Source of the DNA: an uncultured Nitrososphaerales archaeon
GTDB taxonomy: Archaea > Thermoproteota > Nitrososphaeria > Nitrososphaerales > Nitrososphaeraceae
Direction of reading: 5' to 3'
Assembly (NCBI GenBank): GCA_963713605.1
Contig: CAVQMO010000002.1
Span: 1 to 64,000, forward strand
DNA length: 64,000 nt
Below, one piece after another: positions 33,022-44,597 of this stretch. The notes under the pieces are model-generated. The model was not told the origin of the DNA, made no database searches, and saw only the letters and a program-made list of their open reading frames with translations. Every line of letters starts with the position of its first letter. The first letter of the stretch is position 1. A program made the translations under genes and the position numbers.

Positions 33022-33924
33022 TTATCTTGCGGTCTGTATTTGTTGTGCCATCCTCTTTAATTCTGTATCAAGCCCAGGAGAGAACTCTGGTGGAGATTCA
33101 GGGAACAGTGGGATTTCAGCGCCTTCTGGAAATCCTTCAATTACTTCAAGAGTGCCTCCATCATCGAATGGTGAGTCTCCTTTGAAGATCTTTGCCATTC
33201 CATTCGTTTCTCCTTTGTTTGCAAATGTCCACATTATATTATGTAAATTCTTTCTCTCCAAATCTTTAACCTCTGGCATCTTATCCGTATTTATTCGAGG
33301 AACAGGTAATGCTTTTCCCCAGTTAACCCCTAGAGTTTCGAGGGCTTTGGCAAATACCTTTTCATGAACTAGATCTCGTACAATCAAGTAGGATACTGTG
33401 GCTCTGAATGCTCTATTATTGCTCATCTCATATAGCCTGCACTTTTGTAGTCTACCTGTTGCTTCAAGCATCAAATTATATAGCATATTTAATACCAGAT
33501 TGCCACTATCATACACATAGGATGCTGTCCACGGATTCCCAGCAGCATCAACCGGCCTAGCACTCTGTGCTGCAACTAGAAAGTGATGAATATTCGGCGA
33601 GTCAAGAGCTACTGATAGCGGTACATCATCTGGCTGACTAAACTGATTGGACGCCCCATCAAGTAGTATGTTGATAGTATTGGTAATTTGTTCTACATGT
33701 CCCATCTCCTCTGTTGCCATACTCCTGAGTAAATCTTGATAAGCTGTTGCATCACCTCGAAAGTTCATATTCTGAAAAAAGTATTGCATCATAGTTCTCA
33801 TTTCTCCAAACTGACCTCCAAGACCTTCTTGCAATGCTTGAGCTGATTTTGGATCAGGTCGGTCTGCAGGAGATATTGGATGTGGAATTTTTTTTATTGA
33901 AAGAAACATTTCTGTATTCAGCAA
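33022..33924 (-). CDS. Manganese catalase
   Basis: GGQFGEMRTMMQY, ATEEMGHVE, GNPW, RD.VHE motifs. Confidence 0.95.
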   Translation of the reverse strand: MLNTEMFLSIKKIPHPISPADRPDPKSAQALQEGLGGQFGEMRTMMQYFFQNMNFRGDATAYQDLLRSMATEEMGHVEQITNTINILLDGASNQFSQPDDVPLSVALDSPNIHHFLVAAQSARPVDAAGNPWTASYVYDSGNLVLNMLYNLMLEATGRLQKCRLYEMSNNRAFRATVSYLIVRDLVHEKVFAKALETLGVNWGKALPVPRINTDKMPEVKDLERKNLHNIMWTFANKGETNGMAKIFKGDSPFDDGGTLEVIEGFPEGAEIPLFPESPPEFSPGLDTELKRMAQQIQTAR

Positions 33925-34102
33925 CAGTAATCTAATAAACTACTTAATAGTTACATGAAAGATAGCAGATCGTATGCCAAGGGGCATAGAATTTCAATTT
34001 CAAAGATAAAGGAGATAACTAAGCCGAACACGTTTCTATAATCATTGTGATCGTACAAATAGAATTTAATGATATTTTAAGCTGTTAATTTTGTCGAGTC
34101 AG

Positions 34103-35116
34103 CTACGTTTGATCGTTGTGTTTGTTCTTTTGTTTTACGTTGTCGCCATTATTATGATCGTTACTTGACATTATCCATTGTTTCTGCTTGAAAACCCAAA
34201 ACAGTAAGGCAGCCATAACGATCATCGTGATAACCACAATCGCAAATCCAATTGGTATATTACCAATGTCAGCTAAATCTAATCCATTCATACCATAAAT
34301 GCCAGTAATAAGAGTTAATGGCAACAGGATTACTGTAAAGATTGTAAGAGTCCTCATCGTATCATTCATTTGCATAGATAGATTAGCTATGTACAAGTCA
34401 CGAGTTGAATTAATTGTGTCACGAAAAGATTCAACTAGGTCTATCAGTTGATATGTGTCATCGTATGCTATCCGCAGATAATTAATCTCATCCTTGTCTT
34501 TTTCTGTATGTGTAAGAAAGTTCATAATGTCCCTTGCTTGCCAGAAATGTCTTCGCAGCAGTATTATCTGCCTTGTTAGCACATCTAATTGTTCAAGAAT
34601 CTTCTTTGTTGCCCTCTTCTGAAGCGACTTTTGTCCAAAATCAGATATGGTTAATTCAACTGAAGTAAGTAATTGCTCGTATCTGCTTATTATTTCGGTT
34701 AGAATATTGTAGTACAAAGCATCAATTGATGCTGCCATTACCTTCTTGTTCTTTTGTTCAAAAAGCAGCTTTACATTTGTCAGCAAATCTATCTTGTCAG
34801 AATGTATAGTTATAAGCCAGTTAGATCCATGAAAGAGATATACGCTCTCTGTAACTAAATCTTCAAAGGTCTTGTATTTAATATCAAGTATAATAGTGAA
34901 CTTGTGATTATCAAGAACACGAACCTGAGGTTTCTTAGACTTATGCTCCAAGGCTTCTATAGATGACTTGTCTAAATCAAAGGATTTCGTAATTTCAGAT
35001 ATCTCGGATGTGGTTGGATTGACGATGTCTAACCATAATTTGAAGCCTTTCTGGGTACCCTCTAACTTACCACCGTATTCTACATGATTTTCGTTATAGG
35101 CAATGGAAGTTTGCAT
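34103..35116 (-). CDS. corA: CorA family Mg/Co transporter
   Basis: WLDI.NP and LPLTLITGIYGMN signature. Confidence 0.93.
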   Translation of the reverse strand: MQTSIAYNENHVEYGGKLEGTQKGFKLWLDIVNPTTSEISEITKSFDLDKSSIEALEHKSKKPQVRVLDNHKFTIILDIKYKTFEDLVTESVYLFHGSNWLITIHSDKIDLLTNVKLLFEQKNKKVMAASIDALYYNILTEIISRYEQLLTSVELTISDFGQKSLQKRATKKILEQLDVLTRQIILLRRHFWQARDIMNFLTHTEKDKDEINYLRIAYDDTYQLIDLVESFRDTINSTRDLYIANLSMQMNDTMRTLTIFTVILLPLTLITGIYGMNGLDLADIGNIPIGFAIVVITMIVMAALLFWVFKQKQWIMSSNDHNNGDNVKQKNKHNDQT

Positions 35117-35301
35117 CTTTTATTAGATAATTAAGTCTAAATATAAAGCAGTTAGAAGGTATTTTATGGTCATTATATAGCTTTCTTATGATGTGTCGTA
35201 ATGCCACTTTAGATCATATGCATATTGGATGTTCTTACGGAATACCAGAAGTTGTGCTGCATAGCATTATTAACAATATTGTACTAGTGATAGTATAACA
35301 A

Positions 35302-35811
35302 ATGGTAGAAATAGAAAAGCTCCAAGAGAAATTGGGAGAAGCATTAGGGTTAGAAATAGCTGCTCAAAAGGCATTAGAAGAATTAGGTTCCAAAGGACTG
35401 TTGGATAAGAACGGCATGATAACTCAGCTGAAAAAAATGCAATCGCAAGCCGGTAATCATCAGTCAAAGCTTGAAGAAGTAGTCCAAAATTTGGCTGACG
35501 GAAGTGATGAACTGGATCCAACAAAGGTACAGCAGGTTGCACAAGAAACAGCTCAAAAGTGTTCAAGCATGATGCAGACCTATCTTGGGCTAGATCCAGA
35601 TTCCTCTGAAGCAATTGAATTTCTATGTCTTGCGGAAGGTGGCGAAGTAACGCATTATGAAGTCTTGGCTGCCATGTCTAAGAAACTTAATGGTAAAATG
35701 AAGAATACTAGAAAGTTTTCAACTACTGTAAATTCTATTCTAAGAGAAGAGAAAAGGCACTTGGCTCTCTGTACAAAGTTGGCAAAGCAAACCGCTACTA
35801 CATCAAAATGA
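35302..35811 (+). CDS. Ferritin-like four-helix protein (DUF892/YciF-like)
   Basis: GLE, H, EVTHYEVL, EEKRH metal-ligand pattern. Confidence 0.75.
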   Translation: MVEIEKLQEKLGEALGLEIAAQKALEELGSKGLLDKNGMITQLKKMQSQAGNHQSKLEEVVQNLADGSDELDPTKVQQVAQETAQKCSSMMQTYLGLDPDSSEAIEFLCLAEGGEVTHYEVLAAMSKKLNGKMKNTRKFSTTVNSILREEKRHLALCTKLAKQTATTSK

Positions 35812-36023
35812 TCATAGCGGCGTCTGTTCATACTCGATATATTTCGTACTCTGTCAAAGTTAAAAGAATATCAAACACTTTCCACAACACACACGTGACC
35901 ATTCATGTAATAAAGAGTACTTTGTAATTGATCAGTTACAAAATATTCTGGATTATCAGAAATGATTTAAGTAATTGCAATATAAACCTACTTCTTTTAT
36001 CAAAGTGATAATATATCCTATTC

Positions 36024-37022
36024 GTGAAATCTGTGGTAGAAAATTCATTAGTCTCGCCTGGGCATCGTTTTCAAGAAGGGCCTAATCAGCAATACAAACT
36101 AGTCGATAGAGTTATTGATGGAGAATCCTCGTCTTTAGCTCCATCCAGTATCATATGCAAATCATGTAGGTCACGCTCAATGATTTTTGATGGAATAACC
36201 GGAGAAACGATCTGTTCTCAATGTGCTACTGTTATATCCGATAGGCAGACCATCATCGAAAGAGATCCAAATTCAAAAAGTGAGATGGGTCAACCAACTT
36301 CACTTGTATATCCTGATAAAGGGTTATCAACTGTAATTACTAGTTCGAATACAGATGCGTATGGAACATCCTTAAACCAGGATCAATTAAGTAGCGTTAA
36401 CAAAATAAGATATTACGATAAACTATCTAGCAATAAGAATCATAGTAGGAACTTGAGGAATGCCTTTGCAATAATGGCTGCGACCAAAGATAAGCTTACA
36501 CTTACCGACCCTGTGATTGAAAGAGCAGCATATTACTATCGCAAAACTCTCGATAGCAAACTCATTAAGGGCAGATCAATCAAAGAGATGGTTGTTGCTT
36601 CAATATATGCTGCATGTAAAGAAATGGACATACCTAGGCGATTAGAAGATGTATCTAAGGCAGCAGACGCTGACAACATATTTGCTGGAAGATGTTTTAG
36701 AATAATGTCACGAAAGCTAAGTATCAGCTCTCCTTCTGTAAATGCAGCACGCTATATGTCGAAGGTTGCAGAGAACGCTGCTGTTAGCCAAAAGACCTAC
36801 AGAACTGCACTTGATATGTTAGATATAGTAAAGAAAGACCCTATCTCATATGGCAAGGACCCTAAGGCACTTGCAACTGCTGCTTTGTATGGTGCTTGTC
36901 TGGTTGAAAAACAAGGTAACGTTAGTCAAGCAAGAATAGCACAAGCGGGAGGAATAAGCGTAGTTACGTTAAGAAAGAGAGTCCTAGATATACAAAAACT
37001 ATTCCCTGAAATGCAGAAATAG
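36024..37022 (+). CDS. tfb: Transcription initiation factor IIB paralog
   Basis: Zn ribbon CKSC..GETICSQC, DKGLST, KGRS, YAACK, GKDP, Q.RIA..GGIS.VTLRKR. Confidence 0.93.
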   Translation: MKSVVENSLVSPGHRFQEGPNQQYKLVDRVIDGESSSLAPSSIICKSCRSRSMIFDGITGETICSQCATVISDRQTIIERDPNSKSEMGQPTSLVYPDKGLSTVITSSNTDAYGTSLNQDQLSSVNKIRYYDKLSSNKNHSRNLRNAFAIMAATKDKLTLTDPVIERAAYYYRKTLDSKLIKGRSIKEMVVASIYAACKEMDIPRRLEDVSKAADADNIFAGRCFRIMSRKLSISSPSVNAARYMSKVAENAAVSQKTYRTALDMLDIVKKDPISYGKDPKALATAALYGACLVEKQGNVSQARIAQAGGISVVTLRKRVLDIQKLFPEMQK

Positions 37023-37314
37023 AAGACTAAAAGATAGTCAAATTCAAGATATGAAAGGCAGGGAATATAAACATAATCTGGAAAGAAGAATTACGCGAAG
37101 CTATGAAACTCCTGCGGGGTGGAAAGGCAGCTGTGGAGTTAAGAGGGCGCCCTTCTTACCTCTATTAAAAAGTAAAAAGCATTACAAGCCATGAAAAAGA
37201 ATGAAATCAATTTCCTTCGCTATGGGCATAACTCTGGTCTTGTTTCAACCTCTCCTCTAAGAGAACGCGAGACAATAAAATCATAGGATTGTTTAGGCGA
37301 AAAAAAATTATGTA

Positions 37315-37518
37315 ATGACCTATGTCAATCCTACAAAGCATGTAAAAAGTAAGTTTGCTAATAGTTATTGCGAAAATGGCTTTAAGAGATGCGTTGAGTG
37401 TAATGTTTTCTTAAAGTGGGAGGGTATGAGATGTCCATGCTGTGATCACATTCTTCGTATTAGGCCGCATAACAACAAGTCTAAAGGGAGACTACTTGAA
37501 GAGGCTGTTCGGATCTGA
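37315..37518 (+). CDS. Small Zn-finger protein
   Basis: RCVEC..FLKWEG.RCPCC..ILR. Confidence 0.75.
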   Translation: MTYVNPTKHVKSKFANSYCENGFKRCVECNVFLKWEGMRCPCCDHILRIRPHNNKSKGRLLEEAVRI

Positions 37519-37798
37519 TTCCATGCTCATAGCACGAAGAAAGCTCCAATGACCTAGAATCTGGTTTCTTGGATGATATCTAGTTAGTTCCTAATTTTCA
37601 AAATGTCTACATACATGTCAAGACACTTAACTACCAGTGTTAACGCTGTAATTCGGTATAAATGTGTTGGAAGCTGTTGTGGTTGGTTTACTTGTAGTAT
37701 TTATGTGACCTATTCTAAAATATTTGGTTGCGTTGGTTGTATTGGTATTAGTTTTGAGTTGACATAGTGTCGAATACAGTACCATCACTTACTTCCCA

Positions 37799-38254
37799 TC
37801 AGGCATCGTCAAAGTCTTTTTTTAATTTGGCTGATTCTTTTATACTATTTACTTGAATATCATCACTTTTTGTTATTATTCTGGATAATGATGGTCTAGC
37901 CGTTTCGCCCAGTGTGATCGCCTCTTTTCCCTTTCTCATAAGTGAAAATGTGATTCCATTATCTGTCAGTTTTTGAGCGAATTCAGTAGCAGTTCTTAAC
38001 TTATCGAATAGACCGGTCTGGTCGTCTGGGACGCTGAAGAAAGTGGGTTCTAATAAATCCAGTCTTACCACTGTTCTATTACTGTCATCACCGTCGAGAT
38101 GACTATTTCTATTTATTTCAACTTTCAATACTGGTTGGTTCACTACTGCTAGTTTTACTGAACCTGATGTAACTGAGTTCAACATCTTGAATAGACTATC
38201 CACAATCTGATCGCTTTCAGAAACATGAAGGTGTTTTCTGCCAAGTAATACCAT
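37799..38254 (-). CDS. Conserved hypothetical protein
   Basis: Intact ORF, co-oriented with 38281-38547. Confidence 0.6.
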   Translation of the reverse strand: MVLLGRKHLHVSESDQIVDSLFKMLNSVTSGSVKLAVVNQPVLKVEINRNSHLDGDDSNRTVVRLDLLEPTFFSVPDDQTGLFDKLRTATEFAQKLTDNGITFSLMRKGKEAITLGETARPSLSRIITKSDDIQVNSIKESAKLKKDFDDA

Positions 38255-38280
38255 TATCTCTTGTTTCCTTTTGACTAAAC

Positions 38281-38547
38281 CTACAAACTCGTTCCTTGAG
38301 CTTTATGTGCTTCTGTTGTCCAAACAACCTTGCCATTTAGTTTCCAAGTAGCGCCGCCCAAATCTCTGCCATCTGGTCCTTTTGCCTTTGGTACATCCAC
38401 CTCTAGATCATCAAATTCGATTGTAGAAGTCATATTTGTACCTGACACCACCTTTTCCATGACTTGACTAATAATCTGTGCCCATTGGCTTGGTACATTT
38501 TGCTTTCCCCCCTCGTCTTCATGTTTGTCTGTATTATTGTTCAACAT
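38281..38547 (-). CDS. Conserved hypothetical protein
   Basis: Intact ORF with TATA-like sequence upstream. Confidence 0.6.
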   Translation of the reverse strand: MLNNNTDKHEDEGGKQNVPSQWAQIISQVMEKVVSGTNMTSTIEFDDLEVDVPKAKGPDGRDLGGATWKLNGKVVWTTEAHKAQGTSL

Positions 38548-39821
38548 TTAGTATATGATATATCAACTTTGGATTTAAAGGGTAAAGGGTGATGCCATCC
38601 CCAGTACAATGAAGCAGCCTCATAATATTTTACTTTTAAACATGATTCGCTTTTTGGTCCTGAGGACAATAAAACCAAATTGGATGTCACAGGATCTAAG
38701 TGGGTTGAGGATAGGGAGCGAATAAAAGGGTAAGGAAGGAAAGGAAAATAGTGGATTAGGAAGCCGTCCAACCAATAGGTATATGGTCAGACTGTAGCAT
38801 CATTTATATCTAAATTTCAGTCAACAATTTGAGTTGAAAGCTTCTGATCAACTCATTCAAAAGTACATAGCAGAACTATGCAAGAAATTACAAAAGAAAA
38901 TTGAATTTAACTTGGCAAAGATGCGGACCGTTTGACTGTGAAAGAAATATTGAAAGTATTATTCAACTTCTAAAAGCGAACAATCTGTATGATAAAGCGA
39001 TCACTTCTTCCAAGCAATAAAAGGGGCTGTAAATTTAGCATATGTTGGATTCCTTTTAGGGATTGGTCAGGCAGCAACTAACAGACAGAAAGGAAATCGT
39101 AAGATATCCCCGGACGATGTCCTAAATATCCAGAAGAATAGTTACTTGTACAAATATCGGTACGTTCAATTTAAATTGTATTTTTTGAATATTGTGTCTA
39201 ACTTAACCAATGATCCTGATTACAAAAACGAATTACTACGATAGCTAGTTGCCATTTCAAAAAGTATACCTGATCGATATGTAGTCAGTTTAAGTCAAGA
39301 AATGTCGAACCTAAATTTAAGATTTCTGGGTAAATTGGAGAACCCTCCCTCCGCTATCACAGATGAAACTATTGATGAATATAGTGAGTTATATGATAAA
39401 GGCTGTAAGTGTCTAGAAAAATATATCAAGATTTCATTCAGATTCATTGTTTGGAATTCGATAAAACATGGGGAAAAGATCAAGGATCCATCTCCGGAGA
39501 ATAGTATTTCAATCTAATGACGGCAGGCGGATACGTTCCTATAGTAGCTTCATTCTAATGGTGGGAGAACTGTTTAGTGTGCTATTTCTACTGAGTAGAT
39601 TTTCTCACTACCTGCTGTTGACAAAGCTTCAGGAGTATGTCTAGTTACGACATTTATGTGTACATTAACAGAAATACAGGTGATATTATTTACTCTTGTT
39701 AGAGTACAATTTGTCCATCCTGAATGGTTGTCGATACTTAAGCCTATTGAATTCAACCTGAATGCATAATTTGGGGGATATTTCTATGACAGAACTTGAT
39801 TACTGTTGTCTTCTCTCGAGA

Positions 39822-39875
39822 ATCTTGCAGTCTCACAGTCAGAGCCAAGATCTTGCAGTCTCACAGTCAGAGCCA
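39822..39875. repeat. 28-bp tandem duplication
   Basis: atcttgcagtctcacagtcagagcca occurs twice. Confidence 0.9.
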
Positions 39876-40247
39876 TTAATTGATCGGAAAGATGTAAGCA
39901 CTTCATGTGTAGTAGGTAGTATGTAAGTAGTGATTAATTGTTTAAATACATCAAGTCCGAACCGAATAATTTCACTTGTGGAATATTAACCAGTATAGAT
40001 AAATTTCAAATATAGAATACTATTATCGAGAATCTGAAAATAAAAAAAGAGATTAAAGTTATTTAAAATACCGTCTGTTCGCCGTCTTCGTAGTCGCCGT
40101 TGCCGACGTGATGATCGTCTTCTACAACTTGCTGAGTCCCGTCTAGTGCTATTGCGTTCTCTTCACCCTGAATTAGTGAGCCAATGTTTTCAAAGACATT
40201 CAATGGGAGGTTACCGTTTCCACATGCGTTGGCTAGCACATTATATT

Positions 40248-40538
40248 TTAACCGTACCTACTTTGCTGCATCTTATCGTATTTTATTTTCATGATTAGCA
40301 AAGTAATGTTTAGTGCAAAACCTGCGGCATTAGTCCCAATTATGACTGGGTCAGATCTGATGAATCCATATATAACCCAGAGAAACATCCCGCTTGAAAT
40401 AAGAATCATTAGATGAGCAGATACATCAAACATCTTCTTGGTTTTGTATGCTTTCATAAGCTGTGGTATGAATGATGATAGAACCAGTATGCCTGCCACA
40501 GTACCGATTATATCAACGTATGCAACAAGATTTTCCAT
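40248..40538 (-). CDS. SemiSWEET/PQ-loop family transporter
   Basis: FIPQL.KAYKTK..DVS and LWVIYG; probable start ATG 40538. Confidence 0.88.
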   Translation of the reverse strand: MENLVAYVDIIGTVAGILVLSSFIPQLMKAYKTKKMFDVSAHLMILISSGMFLWVIYGFIRSDPVIIGTNAAGFALNITLLIMKIKYDKMQQSRYG

Positions 40539-40751
40539 TACATTCTCAATGATTACAACATTGGATATAAGAGAAAACAATTAAGTGGGTCTGGCTATTC
40601 ATCGTATACTTCGCTTCACTAGTTGGGCTTATCAACAATATCAGTAAGAATTGTCAATCTAGTTGTCAGAATAAGCAATTTATAGCTAATTGATGTTCTC
40701 TTGTTATTTCAATCATTAAATGCTGAAATACCAAGATCAATAAAGTTAGCT

Positions 40752-41112
40752 ATGGTAAAAATTGTAGAAACAGATGAAAGAATAACTCTTGAAAAACAGC
40801 TGGATTGGACCAATTGTCATGATGAACAAGTTCAATGTAGATCCGCAAGAAGCTGATGAGTTTCTACAAGTGTTCGCTAAGACTACGGAAACTTTTAAAC
40901 AGCAACCCGGATTCATTTCGGCCCAGCTGCATCGGGGTATTTCTGGCAGTACCACATTCGTTAATTATGTCGTTTGGGAATCTGGAGCACATTTTAAATA
41001 AGCATTTACTAGACCAGAATTCAGATCAAACATGGCTAAAGTTTTGCCTAATACTGTTAAGTCTCCACACTTATTCAGGAAAGTAGCGGTCCCAGGAATC
41101 TATGTAGACTAG
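40752..41112 (+). pseudogene. Antibiotic-biosynthesis monooxygenase family, with a frameshift and an internal stop
   Basis: QQPGFISAQLHRG...NYVVWES; TAA at 40999-41001, frame continues to PHLFRKVAVPGI. Confidence 0.8.
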
Positions 41113-41389
41113 ATCTTTATCATTTCAGAAGACAATTTGATTAGTATTAATTGGATAATACGGTTTTATAGTTTGATAACTCTAGCATAGAGAGACAATA
41201 ATAATTATTCGCTTTCTTTAGAATTATGATTCGATGAGTTCAAATCTCACTTCATTATTCTGTCGTTCTAAGTAGTCCTGTTCTTAGTTGTCATGTTTGT
41301 AATTCCCATAATACTGAGCTAATACCCATCTCTACAAATGAGTCAATTAGAATAGATTACAATATAATCCGGGGTATGGACCAGACTTT

Positions 41390-41460
41390 TAATTCATTAT
41401 GGCGATAATAAAGTTTATTTTAATATTTCGAAAACTTTATTGAAAGAGTTTGAAATTAAT
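41390..41460 (+). pseudogene. 3' fragment of the PRC-like family
   Basis: HYGDNKVYFNISKTLLKEFEI. Confidence 0.65.
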
Positions 41461-41639
41461 TTTCTTCTTACAAATACTGTCAACGCGTAAGAGAAGAATT
41501 GACTATAATATGTAAATACAAGCGGTATTAACTATAATAAGTAAATACATCCAGAGAATCAGTCAACTATTATTTACTTTGTTGTTTGAAGAATGAGATA
41601 GTATTCGTAATGACAAACTATCTAGCGGTGATGGGCTAA

Positions 41640-41885
41640 ATGCGTAGAAATTCGTACAATGGTGGCCTAACTGAGAGACAAACATTATTTTATGTACTCA
41701 GAAGTATTTCAGAGGGAAAAAATGAAGCCCAAATTGCGGAAAGATTTGATGGAGATACAGTGTTAGTAAAAACTTGGGTGGATACTTTGAAGCAAATACG
41801 TTATGTAGTTACAAATCATTTTAACGAGCCAGTTATAACATCTGATGGTAAGAATTTTCTTCAAACGTTTGATTCAGATCGTTGA
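41640..41885 (+). CDS. Small winged-helix-like protein
   Basis: LRSISEGKNEAQIAERF...ITSDGKNFL. Confidence 0.55.
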   Translation: MRRNSYNGGLTERQTLFYVLRSISEGKNEAQIAERFDGDTVLVKTWVDTLKQIRYVVTNHFNEPVITSDGKNFLQTFDSDR

Positions 41886-42418
41886 GTTAGACTCACTATA
41901 GCAGATTTTAAAGAAGAAGGAGATACGACTGCAATCGTATTTGCACCCTCAGATCTGTTCTTTAGTTGGTAGGAGAATTATTACCTCTTAAGGAATGGCT
42001 TAGGAGAGCGATAGATACAGACGATAATAATATAGAAAAGATCTTCAAATTAAGATAATAACTTACGTTCGAACATGCATAATAAGGAAAAATCGCAATT
42101 ATAAGTTACCAGAGTAAGTCATCATATAAGTCCGTTACTATTACTACGAATGGAATAACATGGAGCTAGTGGTTACCTTTTCACTAGCTCCAGTATGTAT
42201 ATGTAAATTGCCCACACTCATTTGCCTGCAAAAGACAAAGGCTGATCGCTTATCATCCTAAATTAGATGCTCCTTAAAAGCTAATTAGTACGCAAACATT
42301 CGCAGCTTACTCAGGGATTCTTAATCTCAACCAAAACCTGGACACAAATCTCATCGAAGCCCATTATGGAAAACAATGGTTGGGGCTACAAAAAATAGTA
42401 GTATACTACTTCTTTCAG

Positions 42419-42568
42419 CTAAGCTGGTTCTTTTTCATCCTGACCTTTATCAGTCATTTCTGCAGCTTCTTCACGAAGGTTTTCTGCTGGGCCAGATGTT
42501 TCTGGATCATCTTCAGCCGCCCCAATCTTTTTCTGATTCTTTTGAGCTGACTCTATATCTTTACTCAT
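42419..42568 (-). CDS. 49-aa charged hydrophilic microprotein
   Basis: MSKDIESAQKNQKKIGAAEDDPETSGPAENLREEAAEMTDKGQDEKEPA. Confidence 0.6.
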   Translation of the reverse strand: MSKDIESAQKNQKKIGAAEDDPETSGPAENLREEAAEMTDKGQDEKEPA

Positions 42569-43447
42569 TACAATTTATAAGCTAACATACTATAAGTATG
42601 CATCCTGATTCACACGCTTGATAATTGATATAAATGCAGAACATTGGAATGGATGCAAAGGACCTTTTGTCATACAACTTGCCGTCATCTCTTTCTGGAA
42701 GTAAGAAAGCTATTTGATGTAGACCTTCCAACCACTTCTGAAGAAGAAGATGTGGTAATCTTCTGCTTGGCAAACGGGAATTCGCTGGGATTGATACTGG
42801 TCATAGCTATTTGTATATTACAATAACCAATATCTATAGTACTATAATTGCCACAATTGCTTTTGATTATCTTTTAGTTCCTGGCACTTATTTAAAAAGC
42901 TAAAACTGCAGAGGAAAATATATATGGAATTGTAAATATTGTAATATGATCGATGATTTAACCCCGAGCTATTCTATGGTAGATTGCAACAACATAATTA
43001 AAATCGGTCACGATAATACATTCTTAGCGAAGCGCAAGATCTATTCTTATCAGTCTCTGTTATTTCATAAATGGCATAACTATGGTTGGTTAGTGAATTG
43101 TGCAGGTCACTAACCAACCCTTATCCCATGTCCTATGAAGAAAGGACAGCAATTATAATATAATATTGTTTTTAAGCCTTGGCTATCAGCGGAAGATAAT
43201 CTATAGTAATACGAGTTGACTGGTGACTTTGAGGTTATGGATAAGTGGATACCAGCCAACTCGCCGGATGCAATACTATTACGATTAACATTCCTAATAA
43301 TAATTTTCAAATGTGGAGCTGGAAAGTCTGGGTAGATTTATCGTATCAGCCATTATCAAAAAAAGATCAATTTTCGGATTCAAGAAAATCAGCACCGCTA
43401 ACTAATTCATAAATCATTTATACAGAGCCTGCTACCCGTATACAAAC

Positions 43448-43558
43448 ATGGCAATTGACGAGGATGAAAAAGAAATACCTCAGGAGGAGGAACTAGTAGA
43501 AGAGACAGAAGTAGTAGACGAAGAAGAAAAGGACGATGTAGAACAGGAAGAGAACTAA
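43448..43558 (+). CDS. 36-aa hyperacidic microprotein
   Basis: MAIDEDEKEIPQEEELVEETEVVDEEEKDDVEQEEN; TTTATA upstream. Confidence 0.55.
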   Translation: MAIDEDEKEIPQEEELVEETEVVDEEEKDDVEQEEN

Positions 43559-43750
43559 CTAGTTAATTCTATTAGATAACAGTTACAGTTGCTATATCAG
43601 GTATTTCAGTTTCACAATAAAGACACTTCCTTTTTGCCTTAATCGGTTTATCAATCTCAATGAACTTTGTTAATTTTGGTATTGGAACTACAGTGAGATG
43701 CTCCCAACTAATAATAAACGTCTATTAATCATGTTAACTATAATATTATT

Positions 43751-43927
43751 ATGAGCATAGAGAAAAAGAACCCATTGAAACGGGATCAGGCCTTAAATGA
43801 TGCAACCAGCGGACAAATGGGGGAAGAGCCAAGACTGGAACCTTTGCCGGATCCGTTGCCTGATTCTGATCAAAGTCTAGAAGATTCCAAACGGAAAGCG
43901 GCTCGTAGGATTTCTAGGGGCGTATAA
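43751..43927 (+). CDS. 58-aa hydrophilic microprotein, copy 2
   Basis: Paralog of 19449-19625; duplication spans ~43709-44038. Confidence 0.7.
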   Translation: MSIEKKNPLKRDQALNDATSGQMGEEPRLEPLPDPLPDSDQSLEDSKRKAARRISRGV

Positions 43928-44399
43928 TAAAAAATATTAACTTTCTGGTATCGCTTCGGGTATTGGCATGAATATCTCTAGTCTATCATAAGATTTGCCA
44001 GAAACAATCAACTTAAGTTCTAGTATAATTATTCGATCTTCTTACTGGTGCATCAATTTGTATTTCATATTTTATTTCAGTCATCAATATGTAGCCATAT
44101 TATAAACTATTCAACAGCACATAGTTTGCAATCGCAGGTTAGGTACTATGTAAAAATGAGTCCTGCCGTAAGGATGCTTAAACTAATTTAAACAAAAAGG
44201 TAACCCGCTGGTAAGAGGCTTTTTTCGGCCAGTCCCGTATTTGGCCTTTCCTCTATACCTCAATAGCATGACGGGGAACGGGACAGAAACCCGCCGTACC
44301 ATTTTCGCAGGGAACGTCAATAATATCTCTAAATTATTCCTTATAACGGTTTGTTGTCCTGATTAAACTATCAAATGGTCTCATCTTCCTTCCATCGGT

Positions 44400-44530
44400 G
44401 AATTAACTTATTCTCTTTACTTTTTACTTCAAAACCTATTTTCACTCCTGCTTGATATTCTTGTACGTTTTGATCTTCTATCCGTACAGTTACTCGACCT
44501 ACTTCCGCCCATCTTAAACTCTTTGACTTT
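44400..44530 (-). pseudogene. Dodecin C-terminal fragment
   Basis: SLRWAEVGRVTVRIEDQNVQEYQAGVKIGFEV resembles dodecin LRWFEV...EYQV.VKIGF. Confidence 0.65.
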
Positions 44531-44597
44531 GAGGGGGGCGCTTACTCTTGGCTTGGTCTGTTACAAGTGAGTTAGATTACCTACGAGATAATCTAGC

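Noticed and set aside
19400..44038. Duplicated segments as DGR template/variable repeats
   Set aside because: Differences are not adenine-specific and no reverse transcriptase is present in the window
44195..44320. GC-rich stem/pseudoknot candidate (ggcca/tggcc, gtcccgt/acgggac) as a hammerhead or HDV-like ribozyme
   Set aside because: Lacks the CUGANGA core and the HDV L3/catalytic C spacing; may be a coding remnant
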